A DNA stretch of 33,511 nt, from positions 1 to 33,511 of IMG/VR virus record IMGVR_UViG_3300033983_000111; one strand, 5' to 3'. Positions within the stretch are counted from its first letter, which is position 1, and each line of letters opens with the position of its first letter. The notes under the pieces are model-generated. The model was not told the origin of the DNA. It searched no databases and worked only from the letters and a program-made list of their open reading frames with translations. Of the stretch, positions 8,526 through 16,197 are shown one piece after another. A program made the position numbers and the translations under genes. The DNA is from a virus (taxonomy: Duplodnaviria > Caudoviricetes).

Positions 8526-8734
8526 AAAAGGCAGCGATCAGAAAAGCGACGCGCAAGCAGTATGAGGATTGGTTCAAAGGCGAGATGATCTTGAGCCGGG
8601 CGATACTGCATGTTCAACAGCAATATGCCTTGTATCCCGGAGATTTTCCGTTGGGCGCCGAAGGCGACCCGCACACCTACCTGTCGAACGCGAGATGCGA
8701 GATCAGGCGCGAAAGACAGGCGGCAAGCCGATGA
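8522..8734 (+). CDS. Small hypothetical protein
   Basis: ATGA overlaps at both ends. Confidence 0.65.
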   Translation: MKKAAIRKATRKQYEDWFKGEMILSRAILHVQQQYALYPGDFPLGAEGDPHTYLSNARCEIRRERQAASR

Positions 8735-8979
8735 CAGGGTTTGTGGTGATTGCGACGATGAGGCGCGGTGCGCTGAAAAGGCCGGAGCCGCTGGACGATG
8801 CGAATCAGTGGCGCGCGTTCAGCGCCTGGCGTCAGGATGAGAGCCGGGAGATTCGTGTGGAGTGGGAGTTGGACGCCTTGAACGACACGCGCGTGGTATG
8901 GGCGAAGAAGCCGGGGAAGAGGACGGCGCTGACCCACATTGATCGGATGATGGAGCTGGCCGGACGGAGGGGGATCTGA
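8731..8979 (+). CDS. Small hypothetical protein
   Basis: ATGA overlap upstream, TGATG overlap downstream. Confidence 0.65.
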   Translation: MTGFVVIATMRRGALKRPEPLDDANQWRAFSAWRQDESREIRVEWELDALNDTRVVWAKKPGKRTALTHIDRMMELAGRRGI

Positions 8980-9251
8980 TGGCGCAGCGAGAGACGGATG
9001 CAATGCTGCGGCAGCGGATCGGGGCGCGCGTGTTCTTTCTGCGCAGGCAGAGGCGCATGACTGCTCTCGCATTGGCCGAGCGGGCCGATCTGCACCGGAA
9101 CACGATCTATCGCATTGAGGCTGGGCTGAGCCTGTGTTCGGTGGGCCAGATATGGCGCATAGCCGGGGCTCTTGGCGTGAAAATCGAGGATTTCATGCCT
9201 GATGCACCATCGTTGGTTCATTCCGCTATCGATAGAAGGAAAAGTGAGTAA
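8979..9251 (+). CDS. XRE-family HTH transcriptional regulator
   Basis: IGARVFFLRRQRRMTALALAERADLHRNTIYRIEAG..IAGALGV. Confidence 0.9.
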   Translation: MAQRETDAMLRQRIGARVFFLRRQRRMTALALAERADLHRNTIYRIEAGLSLCSVGQIWRIAGALGVKIEDFMPDAPSLVHSAIDRRKSE

Positions 9252-9422
9252 GATTGTCGATGGAACGGGGAAGGTTCCGGACCCGGCGCCAGCAGGCCTG
9301 GCGAGCACGCCCGATATGCGAGCCGTAGCAAGGTAAGCCGATCTGCGTCTCAATCCCGAGACTGGAAACAGCCTGAGCGCAGGAGGGCTGGAAACATCTC
9401 CTCATCTGCCGCGTAACCGCGG

Positions 9423-9923
9423 ATGCCAAAAACACAATCGGAACGGCGCAGGCTGAAAGGCTTGACCGTCAACTTGTTTTCAACCCACACACTTCTGGGG
9501 TGGAACGTGATCCGGCAGGTCACGGCACGCGAGGCCCTGGAAAAGGTCGCGCTTAAAAAATGGCGCGAGATCTGGTATGAGAACGGGGACCTGGCGGGCG
9601 TGCAGCCACTCAAAGCTGAACAACCCAAGACGCTGGGCGATGTGCTGACTGAGTGCTTGATCGGAGTAACGATCACGCTCAATGAAGTGCAGCGCAATGC
9701 CGGACTGTTTGGTCCCTCGCATACGATCGGCATGCCGGAGTGGAAGCGGCTCAAGCGGCACGCGCGATTCGACGAGAAACAAATACTGCCGCCGGAAGAT
9801 GCCACCGAGCGGGCGATTGAAAAAGTCAGGCAATGGCCGTATCCGGCGTCGAGGATTGACGACGGAAGCGGCCTTCCTGTGTACGGAGACCGCGCCGTAC
9901 GCTGCTATCCACATCCAGCCTGA
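9423..9923 (+). CDS. Hypothetical protein (late-regulator position)
   Basis: 166 aa ORF between the XRE gene and the membrane genes; no recognised motif. Confidence 0.65.
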   Translation: MPKTQSERRRLKGLTVNLFSTHTLLGWNVIRQVTAREALEKVALKKWREIWYENGDLAGVQPLKAEQPKTLGDVLTECLIGVTITLNEVQRNAGLFGPSHTIGMPEWKRLKRHARFDEKQILPPEDATERAIEKVRQWPYPASRIDDGSGLPVYGDRAVRCYPHPA

Positions 9924-9934
9924 AAGAGGTCGAC

Positions 9935-10159
9935 GTGAGCCCATGGGTGCAAGTGGTCGTTACGGTTGCGTTCAGCGCATTAGTACAGCTTGTGATTGGC
10001 GTTGCAATTGTGGCGGCGATGAAACAGCAGGTCGCGGATTTAGTTGGGTGGGTTAAAGGCCTGGCCATGGATGTGAAGGATTTGCAAAAAGGCCGGACAG
10101 ATCATGAGGGCCGAATTGCGCATGTCGAGGGAAGGCTCGGGATTCCGCGGGAATCCTAG
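9935..10159 (+). CDS. Small single-TM plus coiled-coil protein (holin-like)
   Basis: RBS agagg; hydrophobic VVVTVAFSALVQLVIGVAIVAA; tail DHEGRIAHVEGR; lysis-cassette position. Confidence 0.6.
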   Translation: MSPWVQVVVTVAFSALVQLVIGVAIVAAMKQQVADLVGWVKGLAMDVKDLQKGRTDHEGRIAHVEGRLGIPRES

Positions 10160-10171
10160 AAGGGGGCGGGG

Positions 10172-11008
10172 ATGTTGAATCCGTTCAAACTTTTGGCAAT
10201 TTACAGCGACCTCAACAAGATGGAGGGCGTGGCAAAGGAGAAGGCAACAATGAAGGTGAAGGTTCCGCAGTTATCGGCGCTGTTTGTGAGTTTGTCGGCG
10301 ACGATCGGATTGCCGACGATGGTGACAGGCTGGGTGCAGGCGCACTTTGCGATCTATCTAACAATTGTGGCGGCAGCGGTGGTGCTGCATGCGCTGATGC
10401 CTTCGGTATTTTCGGCTCCGAGCGCGGCGGATATGCAGGCGACGGGGCTGAACAAAGTCGGCTTGGTTCTGCTCATGATCGGACTGGGCGCATTGTGCGC
10501 GGGCCGTCTGCAGGCGCAGACAATGGTACCAATTCCGGGCACTCCGACTGTGACGGCGGCAACCTTCACTGGCGGTTCGGATGTGATCGCGCTGCACTAC
10601 GCCGGGACCTGGGGCACGGGCAATTTGACGACAGAGAGTTTTGATCTGATGGATTTCGGCAAGACGAAGAGCGAGCATCTTTTCCTTGAGGGTAAAGAAC
10701 TGATCGGCGCGCAGTCGGGGATCAACGCATATACCGGTGGCGTGAAGTTTCAGCCGGATCTGAGCAAGTTGCTCGCGAAGACCAACGTCTCGCCAAACAG
10801 CTTCGGCCTTTATTTCAGCGGATCCGGTGGTGTGGGAACGCTGAATGCGGGAGGTTCGCATCTAGCCTACATGGTTGGCGGCGGAATTGAATACCGGGCA
10901 AACTCGACGCTTAACTGGAATCCGCTGCAGGTGCAATTTGTGCGAATCGGGAATCAGAATGCCGCGGTAATCTCGACGGGGCTGTCGTTTTTGTTCGGGC
11001 AGAAGTAA
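10172..11008 (+). CDS. Fusion protein: two TM helices, internal signal peptide, outer-membrane beta-barrel-like domain
   Basis: Two hydrophobic segments, then KVGLVLLMIGLGALCAGRLQA|QT, then alternating strands (LAYMVGGGIEYR, ISTGLSFLF). Confidence 0.65.
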   Translation: MLNPFKLLAIYSDLNKMEGVAKEKATMKVKVPQLSALFVSLSATIGLPTMVTGWVQAHFAIYLTIVAAAVVLHALMPSVFSAPSAADMQATGLNKVGLVLLMIGLGALCAGRLQAQTMVPIPGTPTVTAATFTGGSDVIALHYAGTWGTGNLTTESFDLMDFGKTKSEHLFLEGKELIGAQSGINAYTGGVKFQPDLSKLLAKTNVSPNSFGLYFSGSGGVGTLNAGGSHLAYMVGGGIEYRANSTLNWNPLQVQFVRIGNQNAAVISTGLSFLFGQK

Positions 11009-11013
11009 CAAGG

Positions 11014-11211
11014 GTTTATCGAGATTCCATAAACAAAGAGAGGGATCGCAGTTCGGAAGAGAAAGATCGGGAGGATTCCCGTCCGGGAGATCGTCGAGAC
11101 TCGGATGCAGTACCAAGGACAAGCGACGAACCGGTCAATCTCGCAGTTTCCGAGATCCCAGTATCAGCAACAACGGCGGAGCTGAGTAGCGAAATGCGAA
11201 AGGCTCCGCCG
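11014..11211 (+). ncRNA. Candidate structured non-coding RNA
   Basis: Nested stems gggatc/gatccc, tcggaa/ttccga, gaga/tctc, gatcgg/ccggtc, tcgtcg/cgacga; separate hairpin cggcggagc/gctccgccg with an AGUA/GAA internal loop. Confidence 0.45.
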
Positions 11212-11351
11212 CGTGGGTTTGAGGGTGTGCAATGAACTGGACGTACTCGCAATCATCGGGCAAGGTGATGGCTGCTATGCAGGCGGAATTTCGATGATCT
11301 TAGCGAAAACCTTTGGAGGGGATTTACGCACTCGATTCCCGGTTCGTCGAT

Positions 11352-11858
11352 TTATTCGGCGCTGCTTTTTTGCGGTTTCTTCCGCTGGCGCGGCGACTTT
11401 TGTTTTGCGGATGGCCGATATGCGAGCACAGAATCGATGATCTTATCAAAAACCTTTGAAGTCGGCGGTGATGGCTTTTCAAATGCTTCACCGCAAGCCT
11501 CGCGCAAGCGATGGAGCATGAACCATGCCGATTTCTGCTGTATGCCGATTTCCTTGGCGATCTGCATGGAAGAGAGGCTCTCGCGGCCGGTGGCCAGCAG
11601 GGAGATGGCGTAGAGCCATTTGTGAAGCGGGATGTGCGATCGCTCGAAGATGGTGCCGGTACGGATGGTGAAATCGAGCTGGCAGCGATTGCAGCGATAG
11701 AAGCCAGCCTTGCGGGGTGTGATGCGGTCGGCGCTGGCGCAGGTATGGCAGGTCGCGCCTTCAGGCCAGAGGCGCGACTCCAGGTAGAGCCGCGCCGGCT
11801 CCTCAGCGGGGAACACTTCAAACAATTTGAAATGGGGGATGGTATTTTTTACGCACAA
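11352..11858 (-). pseudogene. IS1595-family transposase fragment (Zn ribbon plus HTH, DDE domain absent); ORF still open
   Basis: YLESRLWPEGATCHTC..YRCNRC..FTIRTGTIFERSHIPLHKWLYAI..SSMQIAKEIGIQQKSAWFMLHRLREAC; AAGGAG then TTG at 11858. Confidence 0.85.
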
Positions 11859-11900
11859 ATCATGCTCCTTGCAGTGCAGCCGCAACCATCGCGGCGGAGA

Positions 11901-12473
11901 TTAAAGGGTTCCACGCTTGAGCAGTGAACGCAAGCGCTGGGATGCTCCAATCGATATTCCGAATTTCTGGGCGACCCAACCATGTGGAAGATCGCTCATC
12001 AAGAGGGCTTTGATCGCGGGCTCAGAGTACCATCCGTTGGGCCGTTGCCGGGGGCCGAAAAATGCAGTGTGCGCGATGCTCACATCGGATTGCGCTACAC
12101 TGTGCCGGCGGGAGAACGCCGCGCCAGAGAGAGCGCAGAGATCTGTGAGCCGATCGATCCACCATTGCTCATTCGCCAGGTACAGGTTGCAGCCGAGAGC
12201 GGCGCGTACGCGCTTGAGGCAGCTCCGGCTGGCGGGCAGATTGTATATGCTGCCATCGCGCGCAAACTTATTCTTTTCCCAGTAGGCATAGAGGGCTTTC
12301 GTGGGGATCAAGCGCGGCCCTCCGCACCCTTTTCCTCGCTGGGCATCGCCCGCGATTACGGGCCATCCAAAGAAAAGATCGAATCCATGTGAGGTTTGGC
12401 GCACTTCGCGCACGTCCCACGGAAAACCATCGCTATCCTCGATTTGCCCGATGATGATTGCTTTACGTGCCAT
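11901..12473 (-). CDS. Hypothetical passenger protein, possible C-terminal HTH
   Basis: 190 aa; RBS aagga; C-terminal LPHGWVAQKFGISIGASQRLR. Confidence 0.65.
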   Translation of the reverse strand: MARKAIIIGQIEDSDGFPWDVREVRQTSHGFDLFFGWPVIAGDAQRGKGCGGPRLIPTKALYAYWEKNKFARDGSIYNLPASRSCLKRVRAALGCNLYLANEQWWIDRLTDLCALSGAAFSRRHSVAQSDVSIAHTAFFGPRQRPNGWYSEPAIKALLMSDLPHGWVAQKFGISIGASQRLRSLLKRGTL

Positions 12474-12476
12474 CGC

Positions 12477-12794
12477 CTATCCTTCGATGATCCGTAGAAC
12501 ACGCGCTTCGCGGATGAGAATGGCACCATCTTCGGGGAGGCCACCATTGCGGGCTGCATCACCTTCGAGCCCTTCGATCAAAAGGAAAGAGGAGGAATCT
12601 GGCCAGTAGGATTTGCAGGCGCGAATGCCTTCAGCGATCTTCTCCTCAGAATCATCGGCGATTTCAAAGCAGCATGTGCCATCAAGCTCAGTGAGTTCAT
12701 CCACCCAATCGCAGGAAATCGGATCATGAAAACTGTTCGGCATGATCTGCCCAATCTCTTCCGTTTCAGTTGCCGTGCGGATGCCGTATTTCAT
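12477..12794 (-). CDS. Small acidic hypothetical passenger protein
   Basis: GAGGGG RBS then ATG 12794, downstream of a sigma70-like promoter. Confidence 0.7.
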   Translation of the reverse strand: MKYGIRTATETEEIGQIMPNSFHDPISCDWVDELTELDGTCCFEIADDSEEKIAEGIRACKSYWPDSSSFLLIEGLEGDAARNGGLPEDGAILIREARVLRIIEG

Positions 12795-12819
12795 TGCCTG
12801 ATCCCCCTCGGATGTTTCT

Positions 12820-12848
12820 AAGGTATTTGATTCCCGCACGTTTGTCAA
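12820..12848 (-). promoter_or_regulatory. Sigma70-like promoter for the minus-strand cassette
   Basis: TTGACA (12848-12843), 17-nt spacer, TACCTT (12825-12820). Confidence 0.7.
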
Positions 12849-12866
12849 GAAAAAAATTAAGGAAAC

Positions 12867-13205
12867 GTGGAATTTGATGACAATGCGACTGGCGAAGTGG
12901 CGGCGATGCAGTTTGCCGGCGGCCTCTCGATTGAGCGCGTGGCCGCATTGTGGGAGCGGGATACGGATTGGGTTGAGGCGGCGATTCGGCGCGCATTGCT
13001 TGAATCGATTCCGAGGCGCGATGGTGGAACAAAGCTATCGCGGAGTGAGGCGCGCCAGGCGCAGAAGCTGGAGATCACGGCTGAGCGCGTGCCGCAGGCC
13101 GGGCTGGATTTTGGAGAGGCTCGGCTAGTTGAGGGTGCGAATCCCTCTAAAGGATTTCAGTATGAGGGGAAGGCTGACTCCCAGGCAGGCGATCTTTGCG
13201 GCTGA
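12867..13205 (+). CDS. Hypothetical HTH-like protein carrying a duplicated TerS segment
   Basis: GLSIERVAALWERDTDWVEAAIR (HTH-like); ARQAQKLEITAERV shared with TerS; start codon uncertain (GTG 12867 or ATG 12906). Confidence 0.5.
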   Translation: MEFDDNATGEVAAMQFAGGLSIERVAALWERDTDWVEAAIRRALLESIPRRDGGTKLSRSEARQAQKLEITAERVPQAGLDFGEARLVEGANPSKGFQYEGKADSQAGDLCG

Positions 13206-13381
13206 GTACCTGATCGATGGCAATGCTACGCGAGCGGCGATTTCCGCTGGCTTTGGAGTGGCAAGCGCGCACACTCAAGGCGCCCGGCTGCTTAAAAATG
13301 TAAAGGTTGCGGCGGCAATTGCGGATGGGCGGGCGCGCCAGGCGCAGAAGCTGGAGATCACGGCGGAGCGCGTGCTGCAGG
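13049..13381 (+). repeat. 50-bp direct repeat (13049-13098 and 13332-13381), 48/50 identical
   Basis: ggcgcgccaggcgcagaagctggagatcacggc[t/g]gagcgcgtgc[c/t]gcagg. Confidence 0.92.
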
Positions 13382-13701
13382 AGCTGGCTAAGCTGGCATT
13401 TTACGATGTGGGCGCGATCTTCGATGCGAATGGAAATCTGCTGCCATTGAATCGCCTGGATGAGGCGGAGCGGGCGGCGATCGCGGGGCTGGAGACGGAA
13501 ACGCGCGATGTGCCGGGGGCTGGCCCCTCACGGTGCGTGATACGCAAAATCAAGCTGGCGGACAAGGGCCAGAACCTCGAACGCTTGGGCAAGCATCTGC
13601 ACTTATTCGGAGATTCGGCGTTTAGCGCGGCGGTGGAAACGGGCGCGAATGGATTGCCGGCCGACTCGACGATCAAAATTGTACTTGTGCGTCCGGAATG
13701 A
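13162..13701 (+). CDS. terS: Terminase small subunit
   Basis: LTPRQAIFAAEYLIDGNATRAAISAGF..GARLLKNVKV..ITAERVLQELAKLAF..KIKLADK..LERLGKHL; directly upstream of terL. Confidence 0.92.
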   Translation: MRGRLTPRQAIFAAEYLIDGNATRAAISAGFGVASAHTQGARLLKNVKVAAAIADGRARQAQKLEITAERVLQELAKLAFYDVGAIFDANGNLLPLNRLDEAERAAIAGLETETRDVPGAGPSRCVIRKIKLADKGQNLERLGKHLHLFGDSAFSAAVETGANGLPADSTIKIVLVRPE

Positions 13702-14975
13702 ACATCGAGATCCCAGAGAAGGCTGCATTTCTGTTTGAGCCGGCACGGTTCAAGGTGTTGTGGGGCGGACGGGCGGGGATCAAGAGCTGGAGCTGCGCGC
13801 GGGCACTGTTGGCGCTGGCCAGGGCGCGCAAGCTGCGCATTGGTTGCGCGCGCGAGACGATGAAGTCGATCGAGGATAGCGTCCATCAGCTTTTGCAGGA
13901 TCAGCTTCTTGCGATGGGGATGGGAGACTTCTTTTTCGCGCAGAAGAAGGTGATTCGCGGGCTGAACGGCTCGACGTTTTCGTACCACGGTCTGCGAGAC
14001 CGCAGCGTGCATAACATCAAGTCGCTGGAGAGCGTCGACATCCTCTGGATTGAGGAAGCGCAGAACGTCAGCAAGAAGTCCTGGAACATCGTAATTCCCA
14101 CGATTCGCAAGCCGGGGTCGGAGATCTGGGCGAGCTTCAATCCGGAATTGGAGACGGACGAAACCTACCAGCGCTTTGTAGTGCATCCTCCGGAGGGTGC
14201 GGTAGTGATCAAGACGAGCTACCGTGACAATCCGTATCTCTCGAAGGAGATCAAGCAGGACATGGCGGATCTGAAGGAGAAAGACCCGCTTGAGTTCGAG
14301 CACGTCTACGAGGGCGTCTGCCGCCCGGCTGTGACGGGCGCGATCTATAAGGATCAATTGATCGCGGCGGAGAAGGAATCGCGCATTACGCGGGTGCCCT
14401 ACGACGCCTCGCGGCCGGTGGACACTTTCTGGGACTTGGGTTTTGGTGACAACACATCGGTCTGGTTTGCGCAGAGCATCGGGTTCGAGTTCCGGCTGAT
14501 CGATTTCGTGAGCGACTCGCTGAAGGATGTGAGTTTTTATCTGAAGGAGATAGGCAAGCGGCCATATCGCTACGGAACGGCCTATCTTCCACATGATGCG
14601 CGGGCGAAGACGCTGGCGGCCGGTGGGCGGAGTGTGCAGCAGTTGGTGGAGGCGGGCGGCTACAAGGTGCGCATCGTGCCGATGCTGAGCGTGGTGGATG
14701 GCATCGCGGCGGCACGCACGATCTTTAACCGCTGCTGGTTTGACGGGGAGAAGTGCGCTGAGGGCATCCAGGCGCTGAAGCACTACCGGTATGCGAGCGA
14801 TGAGCAAATGGGCGATTCAAACCACCAAGTGTTCAAGCGTGAACCTCTTCATGATTGGGCATCGCATCCGGCTGACGCGTTCCGAATGTTCGCAGTGACG
14901 ATCCGCGAGCCGGAGCGAGAAAAGGCGCGCGTAGAAGCGCAAACGCCGCCCGTAAGGGTGGGAGTCTGGAGTTGA
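13698..14975 (+). CDS. terL: Terminase large subunit (PBSX-type)
   Basis: Walker A VLWGGRAGIKS, CARE, Walker B ILWIEEAQ, PTIRKPGSEIWASFNP, nuclease FWDLGFGD, HDWASHPADAFR. Confidence 0.96.
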   Translation: MNIEIPEKAAFLFEPARFKVLWGGRAGIKSWSCARALLALARARKLRIGCARETMKSIEDSVHQLLQDQLLAMGMGDFFFAQKKVIRGLNGSTFSYHGLRDRSVHNIKSLESVDILWIEEAQNVSKKSWNIVIPTIRKPGSEIWASFNPELETDETYQRFVVHPPEGAVVIKTSYRDNPYLSKEIKQDMADLKEKDPLEFEHVYEGVCRPAVTGAIYKDQLIAAEKESRITRVPYDASRPVDTFWDLGFGDNTSVWFAQSIGFEFRLIDFVSDSLKDVSFYLKEIGKRPYRYGTAYLPHDARAKTLAAGGRSVQQLVEAGGYKVRIVPMLSVVDGIAAARTIFNRCWFDGEKCAEGIQALKHYRYASDEQMGDSNHQVFKREPLHDWASHPADAFRMFAVTIREPEREKARVEAQTPPVRVGVWS

Positions 14976-14977
14976 GC

Positions 14978-15181
14978 ATGGCAAAGCTGAAAGCTGCAAT
15001 ACGTAACAGGCTGCCCGGCAGTGAGTTCGGATTGCCGGGTTCGCGGAAGTATCCGATGGAAGACAAGAGCCATGCTGCTCGCGCAAAAGGCCGCGCGGCC
15101 GAGATGGTGGAGAAGGGCAAGCTGTCAAACTCGGCCGCGGCGCGGATTAGAGCGAAGGCTAACCGGATTTTGGGAGAGTAA
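14978..15181 (+). CDS. Small basic phage protein (DUF6582-like)
   Basis: RNRLPGSEFGLPGSRKYPMEDKSHAARAKGR pattern; family name recalled from memory. Confidence 0.7.
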   Translation: MAKLKAAIRNRLPGSEFGLPGSRKYPMEDKSHAARAKGRAAEMVEKGKLSNSAAARIRAKANRILGE

Positions 15182-15185
15182 CACG

Positions 15186-15503
15186 ATGAATCAATCAGAA
15201 GCAATGGACTTGAACGCGAAGACGCGCGAGAAGAAGAAGGAATTCCAACTGCACCACATCGAGATCCACCCGGAGCGGGATGCGCGCGGCAATACCGTGA
15301 AGGGTGGCGGTCACACGGTGCACACGATCTATCGCGAAAAGGGCGAGGAGTATGGCCGCAGCCGCGAGGCGGAAAAGCCCTTCAGCGCGGGCGAGCATGA
15401 GGAGATGCTGGCGCACGTGGCCAACGAGCTGAAGCTGCCCGAGCCTGGTGCAGGCGACGTGGACGCTGACGACAAGGACAGCGCTGCAGGGGCGGCGAAC
15501 TGA
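15186..15503 (+). CDS. Hypothetical His/Glu-rich protein
   Basis: GGAG RBS, ATG 15186; LHHIEIHP..GGHTVHT..HEEMLAHV. Confidence 0.7.
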   Translation: MNQSEAMDLNAKTREKKKEFQLHHIEIHPERDARGNTVKGGGHTVHTIYREKGEEYGRSREAEKPFSAGEHEEMLAHVANELKLPEPGAGDVDADDKDSAAGAAN

Positions 15504-15664
15504 TGGCCTGGACGCCTCCAATGATTCACGCACTGCTGCTGCGCACGCCGGCGCCGCCAGTCGCGGTTCCGGTGCGTGTGCCGATGGCGAACCGGCCTGC
15601 GCGCAGTCCTTCTCCGCGGGGCATGAGCGCCGATACGACCAGCGGCTACAAGGGGACGAAATGA
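15503..15664 (+). CDS. Small Pro-rich ORF (53 aa, MAWTPPMIHALLLR...), not in the ORF track
   Basis: TGATG overlap upstream and ATGA overlap downstream fill the gap exactly. Confidence 0.5.
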   Translation: MAWTPPMIHALLLRTPAPPVAVPVRVPMANRPARSPSPRGMSADTTSGYKGTK

Positions 15665-16197
15665 ACGCAGACGATAAGCGCCATCTTGAGAACGAGCTGA
15701 CGGTGATGGGCCTGCCTGGGCTCGACGATCCGGCGCTCGTGCAGGTGCTGGCCGACGTTGTGAATGGCTACCCGATTCCAGCGGAGCGTGCGGACTTCTT
15801 CTGCGAGATGCTGAACGAGTGCGAGGGAGCACGGCGGCGCGAGATGTACGAAGCGATGCGGCCGCGGCTTTCGTTCGATGTTCCATCGCTCGATGCGTGC
15901 GAGGCGCGGATCGCGGCCAGGGCGGAGCGCATGATCCGGCACAAGGGAGTACCGGAGCTGGTAAACGGCGATGCCGCGCCGGAGCGGACCATTGAGGTTG
16001 AGTGCGAGGGATGCGGAAAGAAAGAGCAGTTTACCGATGTGACCACGGCGAGCGCGATGCTCTTGGCGAGGAAAGCTGGATGGGGGCGCGGACCGCACAG
16101 GTGGAAAGAATACTGTGCTAAATGCCGGCTGGAAACCATGTTACCGCGGAACGTGGGGGCTGCGCTGACGAGGAGATGTCGCGATGGCGTGGCGTGA
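15661..16197 (+). CDS. Hypothetical protein with a C-terminal Zn ribbon
   Basis: AAGGGG RBS; ECEGC...ARKAGW..YCAKC. Confidence 0.7.
   Translation: MNADDKRHLENELTVMGLPGLDDPALVQVLADVVNGYPIPAERADFFCEMLNECEGARRREMYEAMRPRLSFDVPSLDACEARIAARAERMIRHKGVPELVNGDAAPERTIEVECEGCGKKEQFTDVTTASAMLLARKAGWGRGPHRWKEYCAKCRLETMLPRNVGAALTRRCRDGVA

Larger units (their letters stand above)
11319..12880 (-). mobile_element. IS1595-family-derived cassette (truncated transposase plus two passenger genes); boundaries approximate
   Basis: Three minus-strand ORFs interrupting an otherwise + strand operon; own promoter; recurring GATTCCC motif at 11334-11340 and 12829-12835. Confidence 0.6.

Noticed and set aside
10484-10501. 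Lipobox (GALC) suggesting an o-spanin or u-spanin lipoprotein
   Set aside because: Leu at -1 does not fit the lipobox consensus; LQA|QT looks like a signal peptidase I site
11182-11201. Hammerhead-like CUGA...GAAA core
   Set aside because: Reads CUGAGUA rather than CUGAnGA, stem II is only 2 bp, and there is no three-way junction with a cleavage triplet; fits a loop-E-type hairpin better
11511-11927. Plus-strand ORF opposite the transposase
   Set aside because: Antisense shadow; the recognisable motifs are on the minus strand
12850-12890. Right terminal inverted repeat and target-site duplication of the IS1595 cassette
   Set aside because: Only a weak match to the 11319-11340 end; could not be defined by eye
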